Shown here one piece after another: positions 1-13,899 of a DNA stretch of 64,000 nt. The position numbers and the translations under genes were made by a program. Below the pieces are notes generated by a model. The model saw nothing but the letters and a program-made list of their open reading frames with translations, searched no databases and was not told the DNA's origin. The number at the start of each line of letters is the position of its first letter. Position 1 is the first letter of the stretch. Source of the DNA: Raillietiella orientalis. Lineage: Eukaryota. The stretch is from contig JAYWIR010000017.1 in NCBI GenBank assembly GCA_036172245.1, forward strand, positions 2,976,001-3,040,000, read 5' to 3'.

Positions 1-1499
1 AATCGGGCAGCATTGACGCGAAGAAGATGGGAAAAAACTGGAAGTTTTTGCAGACTTCTCAACACCATCGGCCCCACAGTGTACGTGTGTTGTTTATTCG
101 GACCAAGAGCGCATCTGTGTATCACTACCATCCCATAAGATGGCAACCAAACCGCGGTTTTCGAAGCAGTGAAGAAAAAAAAAAGATCGTTGTCTTTCAT
201 AACGTGCAACAGGCACTCAGTGAACCATCCGCAACCCCATCGTTCTTTCATTATGCAGCACCCTGCAGTCGTGAACCGCTTCCTTTCAGAACAATCCCAA
301 ACCAGTGTCACGTCCAGTCGTGTCCATCGACTAACTTTTGCATCATCCATCGCAAGCCATTTTCCATAGAAACAGCAGCTCTGAAATGCGTGTCACAGAC
401 CTGCAAGTGTATCGGCTCCTGGGTGCCTTCCTTCGCGTTTTTCATTCCTTCCTTGTTTTCCTGGTGACCTCCAGCGTGTGAAGGCCGTTCTCTGCGATTA
501 CTGGCTGAACGTGTCAATGCGATTATCGAAGGCGCGTTTTCGGAAGCCTCGTCTCTTCACGGAAATGCTCGCCTCGTTGAGGACACCTCTTGCGCTGCTG
601 TGCTTCTTCTGCTCGTCTGGATGAGGAACGAGGGTGCCTGGCGTTCGGTTTCAAGTGCGTTAGCTGCCTCGCACCGAGTGAGGATCTCCCTGTCACCTTG
701 ACTAACGAAATTTCTTTTTTTTTGCTTTTCTCGTGCTCTCCCTCACCGCAGCAAGACGAGAGACACCCTTTCCCCCCCCCCTCCCTCACTCCCTCCGTGG
801 TGCACATTCTTCCCCAGGTAAGGTTGCGTAGTTTGCCTCGAAGACAATGCCCAGATCCCTTTTGTAAACGAGTATTGCATTCCATCTTAGAGGGGCAATG
901 CAAACAGAGACGACCCAGACGAGTGGCCGTCCTGCATGTGCTTTTATTTTTTTGAACTAATAGATTTTTAATGCCCCTTTTTGTTGCAAGCTGTAAACAG
1001 GATTACCGAGACCACAAATTTGAAAGCTCGTCCTGAAATCCATTGCTGAGCCTTGAAACCGAAAGAGAAACTCGGGAACGGGAGTAATTTTACGACTGCT
1101 TCATCCTCTGAGCATCTGGACTGTTTTTTTTTTTTTTTTTTGGCTTTCTTTTCCTTCTTCTTTCTCCTCTCTTCTCAAAAGGTGTTCTGCGGAGACTTAC
1201 ATAATAAAACGGAAACGGAAACGGCGCAGCAAGTCCTTTGGCTCGTTATGGTAGGATCGAGTTCTTCTATCGTCCTCTCGGATCGGAAACAGTTGTGCTT
1301 CCTGCAGAAACGTGTGGAGCGGGGTGCCCGAGTACAATAGGGGGCATCCCGCGAATTTGGGAGACCTGCACTGAACTGAGGGTAGAATAATAACCCGAGA
1401 ACCATGCAAAGGAAACAGCAACAACAACAAAAAAAAAAAATAAGGATGAGTTGGGTGGAATCGAAGAGAGCTGATAAAAGGATGGGTGTTGTTCCCCAT

Positions 1500-1900
1500 T
1501 TACGGCGGAGGGCTTTACATCACCGGGAGCAGAGCTCGGGAAACCGGATAGGCGGCTGGCTCCTGGGAGAGGAACGCCATAGTAAATCCTTCCTGCTATC
1601 AGGTTTCACGGGGGAGGGGAATTTCATTTTTCACCTGGAGGCACCAAAGGCTCCTTGGTCTGCTCTCGTACGAGAGGTGTTCGCTCTCTCCCTTCGGGAA
1701 TACTACGGTCCTGCAAAGATTCGAAGATTTCTCAGCGAGCCGAGAGTTGGGGAACTTGCGTGCTGCTTTTTATTGAAGCCCGAAATAACATCACGAGAAG
1801 AAGGTGATCAAATATTAATTTGGCATGAGCAGTCGCAGTCAATCGATTCTACTGCTTCTATTGGATTCATGGCACTCGATTTCGACATCTAGTAGATCCT
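1500..1900 (-). mobile_element. Possible decayed C-terminal part of a non-LTR retrotransposon APE endonuclease
   Basis: Minus-strand translation gives HESNRSSRID*, resembling the APE SRID motif. It is followed by KFPNSRL, resembling the WKxNxSLL motif after APE. Stops throughout; boundaries approximate. Confidence 0.3.
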
Positions 1901-4489
1901 ATCCCACTCCACTATGTTTTTCGTTTTTTTTAGATCTTTTGCATCCGACTCGGTTTTACATGCTGCAGTTTCTTTTGAAAAGAGCATAAAAAGTAAGAGC
2001 TTCCGTCGTAGCCAACTCCATAACATGTATTTTTATGTATTATGGAAGGGGGGAAGGGAGCTCGTCAAAATACGGGAATGGGAATGAAGGTTTGGAACTT
2101 GGTGCTGCGTTATCAGGGTTACCAAAGCACTGGATTTTTTTTTACAACTATATGCACGCGTGCTTGTTCCTATTTGTGGCTGCAAGGGCAGCAGCATCAC
2201 ACCAGTCCGAGAACAGCAGATGCAGATCAGCCTCTACTGAAATGACGGGATGAAACTTTCTCCCTCGGACGTGTGTGTATGTGTGTGTGTCTGTTGCTGC
2301 TACCGTGGGTTCCCCTTCAGCGGAGACACATATTTTTTTTCCTTCCGATTGCTCCGTCCCCCTAGTCTGACATCTGAAGATAAAATTGAGCATTAAGAGC
2401 CTTCAAATGTCGAATGGAAGAGGATCGTATTCTGGAGCCCAGGTTGCCACTTCACACTGCGAGTCTCGGAATCGGAAGAGAGGCTTTTAAGTAAGTGGAT
2501 TCTTATCTACCCCGAAATTTCGCCGAAGATTGACAATGGTTGTAATGATATGGCTTCCCCCCTCGATCTGATGATTTCGAAGCTCAATTTTACAGCAGGT
2601 ACGATAAAACTTTTAAGAGCCAAACCTGTTCCTCAATCCATTAATTAGTAGTTTTTGTTTGAAAGAAGTTTACGATGCCAAAGATATGTCCTGGGATAGA
2701 CGTCGAGCCGGAGTGTTTACGGTATTCCGAAATTGCAAGAAGAAGTGAAGCCTCGAACATTTAGTGACAGACTTTCACCATAAACATCACGGAAAAGCAT
2801 TTACCTAATGGCGTTTTATGATATTGTTTATTTACTTATTCATTCCAAGACTCACTGTGTCGTCACGTCGTGTTTGTTCTCCTCTATAAGGACGTTTAGT
2901 CGAGCTGATCCGGAACGGAGAACGGCTCCATATGAATTCGAGCTTGCGATCACGGCTTGAGGATTCTCGGCGGAAACGGCCTCTTCTTCTCTTAAGGACG
3001 AATGTTTTATTTCGGGTCGTAGTTGTTGTGTCGGAAATGGAACAGACGAACGTGTCGACACTTCCAAACAGTTCATTCGTGGATGTTTTTCCGGACATCT
3101 CGAATCTCTTGCTATGGAGAAGACTTCTCTTGCATGCAGTCGAAAAGATTTTTTTTCTCATATACCCTAATCATCGTCACAGTTTGATTACTCGGATGGC
3201 GCTTCCAAGGACGAAGGAATTCCCAGTCACACCCTTGTATTCTTGAGGGATCAGCAAGTCAAGGTGCCAGGAGAAAATAAAAGGAGACCATGTTCCCGGA
3301 GCTCGGGAAATCCTGTCCGACTCCATGCAGAAGCACGAAAGGGAGCTCTGAGCTTACTGCCCTTCTCTGGATTCCTACGTGTGGGTCCGGTTTATTGGTC
3401 GGGAAGGAAATTGAATGGACATTCGAGTCTTCAGCCGCGAGAGCTTCCCTTCGTTTTGGTACCCCTTTGAAGTGTCTGCGCATTCAGGAAATACGTCGAG
3501 AAACCTGGACCAGCATCTACCTCCACCGATGCAGGAGGTGCAGAAAATGGTCCAGAACGCCCTTCAGATGCGCGAGGTAAGGGAACCGAACAGGGACGTC
3601 TCTAAAATATGCTGTTGCTCCAGCGGAAAGGTTTTCTTTCCTTTTTTTCTTATGAGAATTTGCCGTTACGTGGCTCATCCCCTTCCCCCCCCCCCTGCAA
3701 TGGATCCCTAAGAAGCTGGACGCTTTTTGAAGCTTTTTCGGAATCTCTGTGCTTGCTCAGTGCTCCATTCAACCTTCGAGTTCACGCAGGCCATGGGTCT
3801 TACCACGGCGAGCCTGTTCCACTCAGCCACCTGTTGTGATTTGCTTATGCGTCTACCACCTTTTCAAATGCCCGCCGAAAATCCTGACTAGCACAGGTGG
3901 CGCCTGGTCTGTGTTTCTCAGATACCAACCGATCTGCTATCCTCAACTATCACGACCCCAGGGATCAAATAGTGAGCTCATGATTCACTCAACCTCTCAA
4001 GTTCAGAGCTCCAGATGGATGAATGAAGAAAGTCTCAGTGTTTCATCTATCAGCCAGTGTTTATCGATCCCTTGAAGACCACAGGAAACTTGACACTTTC
4101 ATCATTTTTGTTATTTGGTGGCCCAGCATCCTTAGGACAGGATCGATGTCTGAAAAGCTTCCTGATCCACACCGTCAGCTTGGCTCTTCACGAGGTGACC
4201 TGGAAGGCAGACTCGGCTTCTAATTCCGCTCTTCGCCTCAGGATGGACTCGTTTCCATCTTTTACTCCGCATGCGGGATAACCATTTCCTCCGTTGCTTT
4301 CGCGGTGCAGCGTTGGTCGCACACTGGAGTGATTTGTGGGGCAGCCTTTGGCAAACATCCATTTTTCTGTTCTGATCCACCGATTCTGAAAACACGCGCA
4401 TTCAAAGGTGACTTTTCTGTGTGCACTCGTTGGTAGCCGCATCCACTATCTGTCTTTTTTTTTTTTTAGTTTTCTGTTTTGCTTCAGTC

Positions 4490-6070
4490 AGGTGTTGAGC
4501 CGAGAGTCATCGAAGCCATCATCTCTACCGTTAGAGGGTTACGTTTGGGAGACCCTCTACTTTTCGTTCCTGAAGAACTCAGGAGTCCTGGCGATGAGTC
4601 GAAATCCACTGCCGGAGTCTTCCTCGCGTTTACGCGATGAAATCCTGCGGAGACTGTGCAGGCTCCTGATGGATTTCATCCGCAAGCTTAATCGAAGGAA
4701 AAGCCTCCGTTTCAAGAAGGGAAAAATGGGAGCTCCCGATCTCTTCCTGATCGGGAAAGCCCTGCCGATGGTGCTCGTCAAAGGAGTCCTGTACCTCGGA
4801 AGCATTTCTGCTTCGAAAGGAGCCGGAAGCTTGCAGGAGTCCGCAGAATTCCTCCTCCCCTCCTTTCTTATGTAGATGTGCGCTTGGAGCACAGTGGGAT
4901 CCCTCTCTTCACAGGAGGAGGCTTTAGAAAAAGACGGTTCGATTTTCGCTTCACGTTCCGTCATCTCTAAGCGGTGCGAGGACCGCCTGCTTTCTCGAGC
5001 TCCAGAGTGGCGTTCACATTTCTCGGAAGCTCCGGGAAGGAACACACAAACGTACACAAAGCAAAGCAGCGAATCAGCCAATTCCTGGGAAGCTGGATCG
5101 GAACCACGACGAATCAGGAAACTCTTTCATGCTCCATAGCTACACGGAAACAAACTCGAATCCCCAGGAATGCTTCCGAGGTGGCAAGCAGCAACAGTCG
5201 AAGAGTGGCTCTCATCTCCAGCTTGACGGACCATCATGGGGACGGAGCTTTAGGTGTCTGAACATGAGGGCAGCTTCCCAGAAGCTTTTGAACGGCCGAT
5301 TATTCCGTGGTCTCCGGTCTCAGAAGGAGTACTGACTTCAGGATACTGCGACCTCATCACCACGAGTGGAAGAAGAGCTTCAGGCCTGCCATGAAGCCTG
5401 CTTCTCGCAAACTTCGATTACGTCCTTCCGCCACCGCTTTCAGTGGGTACAGGTTGAGGGACGGTGGGTATTTTCGGCGCCTCGCGCGAGAAAACGCTCT
5501 TCGCCGCCATTGGATCGCGGGAGGTCATCCAGGCTGCGCGAGCTGCAGCCCGCGGAACTTCCGCTCACTTTGTCCGGGAGAGCGTGGGGTATCTAAGCCT
5601 CTCTGTGTGTGTGCATTCAGCTGTGACTCGCGTCCAGAGGGAGCGTTCGGTGCCGCCATTCTCTCCCGGTCAGCACGGGAATCGAATCTCGGGCTTCCCT
5701 CGCATCCGCTAAAGCCTTCTGTTTCTTATTTATGAACCCTTGCGAAGTTCCCACTTCCGTCGGACTCTTTGAGAGCTCCGTCTCCGAACCTCATCCGTGG
5801 TGCCTTGATAGTTTCCGCACAGCTTCCGCCTCGCGCTTGTCAAGAATACTTTTCTCTCCCCATCCCTACTTTCCTTCCTCTCTCACCTCTCTTCCTTGCT
5901 GCTACACTCGATGGAACCAACCACCGGCAGATGCTCCCTACTGAATTTTATCTTCCTCATTTAAAAATTGGCTTTCCGAGACTATTCATGACTCCTTTGT
6001 GTCAGGAGCGTCCCGTACCCTCGACGAGTATCCAGGGTTGAACTTTTCCCTCATCTGGGATTCTCTCCCT
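4490..6070 (+). mobile_element. Decayed L1/Tx1-like ORF2 fragments (post-RT thumb region), probably two pieces
   Basis: ORF 4408-4875 reads LPLEGYV...PLPES...ILRRLCRLLMDFIRK...RKSLRFKKGKMGAPDL...KAL, fitting the L1-clade pattern LSLxGR...IxRxxxxFIW...LPKxxGGLGxPDL...KAL. A second similar segment lies near 5430-5520 (RLRDGGYF...RENALRRHW). Confidence 0.55.
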
Positions 6071-8900
6071 TCCATCCATCCCCTCCCCTCCCCTCCGCGG
6101 ATAGGTGCTGAGTCCATGGAGACGAATTTCGACGTTCTTCCGGCTCCGCTCCTGATTTCATTCGTTCCTGCTCCTCAAGGGAACTGGGGTCTCCCATTGT
6201 TAGGCATTCTCATGCTGCTGCTCTCCATGACAATTTTTCTGGATGCTGCCGCGCAAGACGACAAAGGAAAAGATCCTGGAGAAGGAACATATCTCTAAAT
6301 GATGCCTAAAAGCGTGGAAGGGAAGATGAGATCTCGGCAACTCTCTGAGTCCCCAGGAGAACTCTGAGAGTTGTGGAGCACTCTTGTTTTGCCTGAAGTA
6401 GGATATCTCTCTTTCAAGCAGAGGGAGTGCTTCTTCCCAGAAAAGTCAGGACTTCGGATCAGCACGAGAGAGAGAGATCACTCACGGGTAGAATGGAAGC
6501 TGGGAATCCCGGAATGGATATATGCACAGATTCCAGAGATACCAGGGTAGAGGGAACATTAGCTAATTACCTTCCCTGATGTGAGGATGAAATATGAAGA
6601 CTTCTCTCATGAGGACGCTACCTTGGAGCGCCCACTCTGAACGAGCAAGGTAAATACAAGCAAGCGATCCGTCTGAGCATTTCTCGGAGATGTCCGAGGT
6701 GCAGAAGGGAGATCTTGATAAAAGGAGGTGGAATCTGAATGAGGAATCTGCAGCTGCGAAGGAGTTGCATCCAATGATGCCAGAACCTCATTACAGAACT
6801 GCGCTTTCCTGATGCTCGCGCGTCGCGATGCGAGCCGGAGTTTTTTCCTACTCTCGAAGGGACTCGGTCGCTTCCAGATTATTTTCCTCAAGACACTTCC
6901 AGAGCTTTGTCGAGGCTGAGATCTCCGTACAATCCATGCTCCTGAAGGCTCAAAGAAAGCAAGGTCCAATAGGCCTACGTACAGTTGCCTATTGCTGTTG
7001 GCCCGTTTCCGAAACTGAATTAGTTACCGACTGCAGCCTTGCCATTTGCTTGCACTTGGGATGTTCTTGTCTCAGATATCTTCAAGGTGGCCTGAAGGAT
7101 GTTCTGTTCGTGTCCAGAGTTACCTATATGGTCTTCGCGCTGTGCCCGTGCTGTCTCACAACCAAGAAGCCATGAATGCCTTCTCGTCGGCGAGGAAAGA
7201 ATGAAACAAGATGGAGTAAGACATTTTCATGTCTTACTCCAGTTGCTGCCATATCTTGTCTTGTGGATGGAACACAGAAGTAAACACGGGAATCCGATGG
7301 CTATATGAAAATATCTTTCAGATCTGAAATGTAAAGAAGAACAAAGTACGGTCTTCGGATCCAGTAATATGGGCTATTGAAAAGCAACCATGTTAATGGC
7401 AGCAAAGTCCCCGTTATCTTAAGAGATTCATGGAGTTGAGCTGTCTTCGGAAGAAATGCTTGGAACTACAGAAAGCTCCATGGGATTGAAAAAGAACTCC
7501 TTATCGGAATGGAACCCGACCCTAGCAGCATCAACTCAAGAGAAGGAAGGAGAGTGTTTTCAAGCTCGTTCGAATGTATGGAGGAAACTCAAAACTGAAA
7601 GAAGAACGGGGTGAAAAGAAAGGGAAACAAAGAAGTAACCATATGGTAAGATTAAAGAAGGAGTTCCGGGAAGCGGTTTTAAGTTCGAAAGTAGCTAACG
7701 GCACGTTTCAGGGCATCGGAGCTTTTTTAGTCGAACGAAGGTTTTTAATGAAGCAGCAACTTCCTTTAGGATGACTGAGTAGAGACAGAAATAGCCGAGG
7801 AGGACTGAGAAGCTTCCTTAAGCATTTGCTAAGACCTTACAGCTTCTGAAGGACATGAAGAGTGCTGAAGATGATGGTAGGTGTGAAGCGCTAACCCAAA
7901 CAGAAATCCGATTTCCTCGCTAGTTCTGCGAATATGAGCACATGCCCTGGTGGGAGAATCCATGATAGGTTGATGGCGTTCCAATATTTGGAAGAACTGT
8001 TTATCGGGCTTGGAACGTCTTGCAGCTGCACATCTCTTGAGTGAAGATCTGGAGAATACAGCACGCAAATGAACTCGGAATAATCAATTGTTTGTTTTCT
8101 GTTGCATAAGATCAGAGAAAGAAAGCAGCTGGAAAGTCAGGACCCCAATGTTTGAGGATATTTCTCTTCAAGACAGGAAAAATTTCAGGGAATTGCCTAT
8201 TCCTTGCTCTAAAAGGAATGAGTGGAACAAACGGTAGGTTTCTGGAGGGCGTTCATCTGATCTATTAGAAACCGTCTCTGGAATAAAAAGATATTTAAAG
8301 ATGAATGGCAGAAAGGTTGGAACGCAGATGCTTTTTACTAAAGAAAACAAATTTTCGCATCCGCATTTTTGATTGGATTACCCTCAGAATGCTGGCACAA
8401 GTGTCTAGTTGTCGTAGAGTCAGATTTATAGGGCTATTTCTGAAAGACTTCCTTATGCCGCGATTTTTTGTTTCATTCCTTGAAAGATTGCATTGATTTC
8501 TGGAAAGATGGATGAAAAAAGCTTCCTCTTCTCCAGGATTTGCTCTTACCGTTACTCTTCAAGAAGAAAACTGCGAAGGAGCCAAGAATGCCGGTTTCGC
8601 TGGGACAGTGCGTTGAAGTCGTTAGGTGGCATGTGCGCGTTGTTTTGGGGGGCTCCCTTCCTGGACTTCCAGAAGGAGCGAGTCTCTGGCACCACTGTGC
8701 GACTTGGAAATAGCCTGTGTGCTGTAACACGAGAACGCGAATCGTTCAGAAAGTAGAACTCGCGGAAAGAGGAAATTGGACCAGAAAGGATAAAAGGCAC
8801 ATGTGACACAATGATGCAGACCATTTGTGGTTTCCTTTGAGGCATGAATGCAAGGCACGGATACGGTTCTTGAAAGAAGGGGAAGTTACAACTATCGAAA
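6070..8900 (-). mobile_element. Decayed L1/Tx1-like ORF2 (APE plus RT), antisense to its neighbour
   Basis: Minus strand: ETRSFWKS...PQNN..PNDFNA (APE GDFNA motif, ~8600-8700), DFAAINMVAF (~7400), and TGVRH../LTPSCFIL (RT GVRQGxPLSPxLFIL motif, ~7200-7245). Order and spacing are as expected; many stops and frameshifts. Confidence 0.6.
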
Positions 8901-9899
8901 GCGACAATCGAGTTCCATTGATGTGAAATGGTTCCTCTCAGAGAACAAAGATGATGTGCATACCAAGGAAGCTAATGAGACGAAAAAATGCAGGAATCGA
9001 AAGAGAATGTGAGAGGGACGATGCTACGGAGATGCTGCTTGCTCGTGGCCTAGCAAACAGATGGCATGCAGACTGCCGGGAATATATTTAATTTTGCAGG
9101 TACAAGCTGAATGCAAAGTCCATAAAAGAGTATGGGTCATGTGACTCTCTAGCAAGTAATAATTCTAAAAACCATCAGCTGCGTACTTCCCTGGTTCTCG
9201 TGGATCTGCTGGGCGTTTGTCGAAGCTGCCTAGAATGCATCCAATTTCTACCATGATAAAGTAAAGCTAAAGTACCTCTTCCCCTCCCCCTTTTCTAAGG
9301 GGCAGAATTGAACCCTTGTTATGGGCGCGAGCGGAAAACACGAAATTCATGCATTTTTCCAGCTTCGGTGAAAACTGCTGATTAGGAGAAACTGAGTGAA
9401 CAATCACCGCAAAAGAGAGCAAGACATAAGATGGCTTTGTCTGGCGCTTAGCAAACAATCATTACATCTTGCAACATGCATTTGTCATCACAGGCTCCAG
9501 CGTGAACTGGAGACCTAAAAAATGCGAACCCTCCCCAAAGAGGATTTCCACATACGGAGAATTTCTTATTTTTTTCCTTTTCTTTTGAAAAAAAAAGGGG
9601 GGGGGGTAAGGAAAAAAATGAAAAGTCGATATCACCTGACACACAGACCGATGAGAGAAATCATCGATAAAACATGCATCCCGAGCTGTCAACGTAACCA
9701 CTCATTTTCGAATCTTTGCAGATTAGAAAAGTTAGGCATTCTCCGAGAAAGAGAGTGGGTTCTGAATCACTGAATAAGGTGAAAGCATAAAAAAAACAAC
9801 AAAAAACAAAACAAAACACTCTTCATCCTCAGAGATAGGTGGGATCGAAGTCGCTCCTTTTTCTGAACCGGGATCTCTCTATCGTGGATCTCCATTCCC

Positions 9900-11450
9900 G
9901 TTGTTCGGCTTCTGTTTTAGGAACCTATGGGGGACCCCTCTGTACTTGAGATGAAGAGAAAGAAGAAGAAAAGCCGAACGGAAAGGTGGTGAAGATTTTT
10001 GCGTTCCGGTTGCACATCCAAGGATTTCACGGTACATGCGGTTGCATAAAATGGCGTTGCCACCTATCCACGTACAGTCATGTATTTCACCACCATTCTC
10101 CTCGCTCTGGTTGGAAACGCGATCTCCCGAGTGTATTCGAAGGCTCCTGAATCATTCAGTTTCATCAAGGTGAGTATGTCACCCCTGATGACTCTGTTTA
10201 TGGTTTCGCGGATGTACCTCTCCTCCTTTCAGGTGCGGTGGATGCAGATGAAGAGCAGCATCCGCGTCGTAGTTGACGTGGGATGGCTGATTGGCGAAGG
10301 AAATCTGCGGGGCTTCGGAACAGGATTGCCGGAGAAATCTGTTGTCTCCGGGCCGTCATCTGGCCCATTCATCTTCGTCTTCCGCAAAACCCTTACTCCA
10401 CGCGAAACTGCCAGTGGACCGATGAGAACCACCGAAGCTACATTCGCAGTCATTTCGGCCGAGTTTCCCGGGTAACCTCGGAGGAAACGTGCCCACATTC
10501 GAAGACGACATACAAAAGAGCCTGCCGTTCGTCGCCAGCGGGTTTCAGACACCCTCATTCTTTCGAAAAGGTGCGCACACGTCGTCCGCGAAAAGCCCAG
10601 CCGCACCGAATCGCCATGTGCAGTGATTTGCTTTGGGCGCGATTCTAAGGAGGCCGTTTGTCTTCTTTGTCGCTGGGTACGCTCCGAACACAAGAGCTGG
10701 GGAGGGTTCCCTGCCTGAGCAAACAACCGGGGAACCGAGAAGCGTAGAAGCTTTGAATCATCACGAAGCAAGCGGCTAAAGCGTTTTACAGGAACACCTC
10801 CCGCATGTGCCCCAGACGTCGTCGCGCGGGAATTCCCCCAGGTGTCCCGAACGAGGTGAAGGAGCATCTCCAAAGCCTGGGGATGTGCTGCAAGGCAGCG
10901 GTTTCAAACTGCGAGCTTTCGTCTCGGAGGTGCCGCGGAGCAGCGGGAAGCATTCTGCAGCACCTTTGCGCGTCGGGTACACGACATACCCTTGGAGTTT
11001 CGTTTGGCTGCGCAAAACCGGGTCGCCTTCCTGATTTCGGAAGATGCTGGAGAAGATAAATATCGGCATGCATGTCTTTCTGATGGGGAGAGCAGACATG
11101 CGCACCTCCGTAGCCGACAAACTCATCTTTCGAACAGAAATCGGTCCCGATGGGAAACAGTAAGCGCGTTCTTCTTAGACAAAGACTTTCCATTTCTGTG
11201 TCCAAGAAAATTCGAATTCTCGGCATCTTGGAATTCCTTAGGTGGTGTCCCAAAATGCCTTTCAAGTTATCCTGGTCACAATCCGAGGCAAAGAAAGAGT
11301 CCTTTTTTGACCGAGATCGTGCTCTCTGCAACATGAGTTTCAAGCGGAGCAGTCCGGCAGACCTCAAACGAGCAGCCATCAGCTCTGGTCTCGCTCATCC
11401 TGTCGTCAGGAAAGACGGCAGCTGCAAAATGGAGGGTTTTCACCCGGTCA
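9900..11450 (-). mobile_element. Decayed non-LTR (L1/Tx1-like) reverse transcriptase
   Basis: Minus-strand LFADDV at 10578-10595 (catalytic YADD-type motif). It is preceded by VCSGREPSPALVF (QGxPLSPxLF-like) and HLPKSG (LLPKxG-like). A decayed zinc-finger-like segment (KNLHHL) lies near 9990-10020. Confidence 0.65.
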
Positions 11451-13899
11451 CGCCGGGGCGTTTATTTTGTAAAAAAATAAACCAGCTGGGAACAAAGTTC
11501 CCAACATACGATAACAAGAAACAAAGGAAAGGGAGGGGTTAACCGGCACGCAGGCCGGGGCAGCAGAGAGTCCGGAACGGGGGAGGGACAAGATCGAATT
11601 CTCCTCGCCCACGCGCCATGCCGCTCCTTCGAGATACCTCCTTTCGGGAGTCGGAGAAACGGTTTGAGAACATCAGAGTCGAAGATCTTTTTGACGAACA
11701 ATCGGAGCCGAGGAACAGAAAGTCATCCCATCTTCCTCCCCTGGAAGGTTCCCTCCTGATTTCGGAAACCCGCACCTCTAAGAAATTCCTCTTCTGAAGA
11801 GACACCACACTGACTGCATTTCTTTCTCTTCGTCATCATCTGCACCAACACACAGATGCTGCTAATCTCCCAGGACTCCCCTATAATCACTTTTTTCTGT
11901 CATCGACTGTCAGTTGATGATGAGAGGAAACCAAACTGAAAGTCCTTTTTTTTGTGCATCTGTGCCTTGCATCCCTATACAAGCATGCGCATCTGCTTTA
12001 CATCTTGTTCATCCGGAGCGCACGCAGTGCAGCCTGCACGAGTCACACCACTGTGACGGCAACGATGGCTTTCCTCAAGCCCAGATGTCTTTCCTGGAGA
12101 CAAGAATGACCAGCTCACTCTTTCGGTGGACGATCTTCTCTTTTCATCCTGGAAGTGAACCGTCCGAAGCAAGGGCAGCATCTCCTGCTGCTGCCTGGAA
12201 GGACGCTTCTACGCTTTTTCGGATAGGGAACAAAAAGTGGAGATAATTAGGAATGAAACGGAAAAGAAAAGAACAGAGTAAAACAGGCGTGGGTTAGAAA
12301 TTGAGGCCATTTATAGAGTTAAGGAGTTCATCTCCAGTATGAAACTTCGCAAGGAGAGATTTTCTAGCGAACCATCTTTGGTGCTCCGTTTACTCCCAGT
12401 TGGGATCTGCCCATTTGTTTGTTTTCCCTGGCGCATCTTTCCAAAATGTTCCATCTTTGAGATTATCCCCATACGTCAATCCATGTGGTTGTTGTGGTGG
12501 GCTGCCTGTGGGCACCTTTATCACGGTCTGCGCGATGTCTCGCAGCTTCTTTCACGCGAGCTCTGCTCGCTCTTTCTCGGTCCCATCTTCTCGTGGAGGT
12601 TCAACTATCTTGCAGCCACGGCTTCGCAGATCTCTTTCATGTGTCGCAGGCTCCTCGACAATCGAACCACGTCGTTGGTTTTTCTTCCTTCTCCTTGAGG
12701 TGCACGGGATCTCCTCCCGGTTGCTCCAGCCTCGCGCTCTTCCACGACGGCAATCCGCCTCTTTCTCCGGCGGTCGCAGCTTCCCCCTCATTTGAGATCG
12801 GAATGAGCCTCGCAGCTCCTCGAGAAAATTCCGACGGAAAAGTCCATCCAGAATTCCGGTTTTCCAGTTTTCCCTTAATCGACGATTGGCTTCTCTCTCT
12901 CTCTCTCCAGCTGCCTTAGCTGCCTCTCCTCCACCCCCTCTCCCTCCATTCGATTTCCTAGATGACGTCTTTACTTTCGATGCAGTGATTGCAGTGATTA
13001 TAGATAATTAGGAAGTAGCCCGGTGAGCGCTAACGCTCTTCCCAGCCTCCATTTCTCTCCGGCATTTGGCAGGTGTGTGTGTGTATGTGTGTGTTCCCTT
13101 TCCAGATCGTCCGAATTCCCGCTGCTTTCCAGAAGATAATTTTCACGAGTAATGGCGAGCGTGCATGGCGCGGCTGTCAGAGCGGTTCGCGCTGGCTGCT
13201 CGGCAACCGAAAGCAGTGCGGGCTGCGGAGACCTTGCCCCTTTCATCTAAGATGTCAGACACACGTCAGGAACAGAGACGGTGGCGGCTCGCGCCCGAGC
13301 TCCAGCCCGGACCCTGCACATCCTCTTTCCGTTCGACCTGCAAGGGAGAAGGAGGCTGACTCGAGCCGAAGCTCGGCACGAGCCATGAAAATCTTCCTGG
13401 CGACGGCGCGCAAACTCACACGCGGCCTGCGCTCAGGAAAGGAGAGAGGAGGGGGCAAGACGCACGCGGGGAGGAAGGAGGAGAAGAAGGAGGAGGAGTC
13501 ATCTTGCGAACCTCCGTCCTCGCGCGCCCCGGCTTTTGCTCTGCCGATGGGGGGTTCCAATCGGCAGGTCACCCCGACGGCACGCTACTCTTCGGTTTCG
13601 CTTGGAAGGTTCGTGGAAGCTGTGCGGGTCCGAGATCGTGCCCCGTCGCACGCACTTTCTCGCACGAGCCCTCTCCCCGCACGCTCTGCCGGTCAGGACC
13701 GATTCCGGTCCCGTGCTGACTTCCTCCCCCTCCCAGCCTCCGTCAAATTCGAGAGCTGTCAGTTCCCGGTCCTTCCCGGATTTCGCCCTCGGCCAGCGGA
13801 CGCCATTTTCCTGATTGAGGAGGACTAGGGAGCTCACCGAGGAGCATGTGGCGAGATGCGTGGCAGTCTGCTCTTGTTCCGAGGAAGAGACCACAGTGA

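Noticed and set aside
11990..12220. TIR-domain-like string (LPG...SELVILVS...SQWC) on the minus strand
   Set aside because: It has stops, spacing is off, and it fits the L1 ORF2 C-terminus (LxxxxAKxxIW) equally well.
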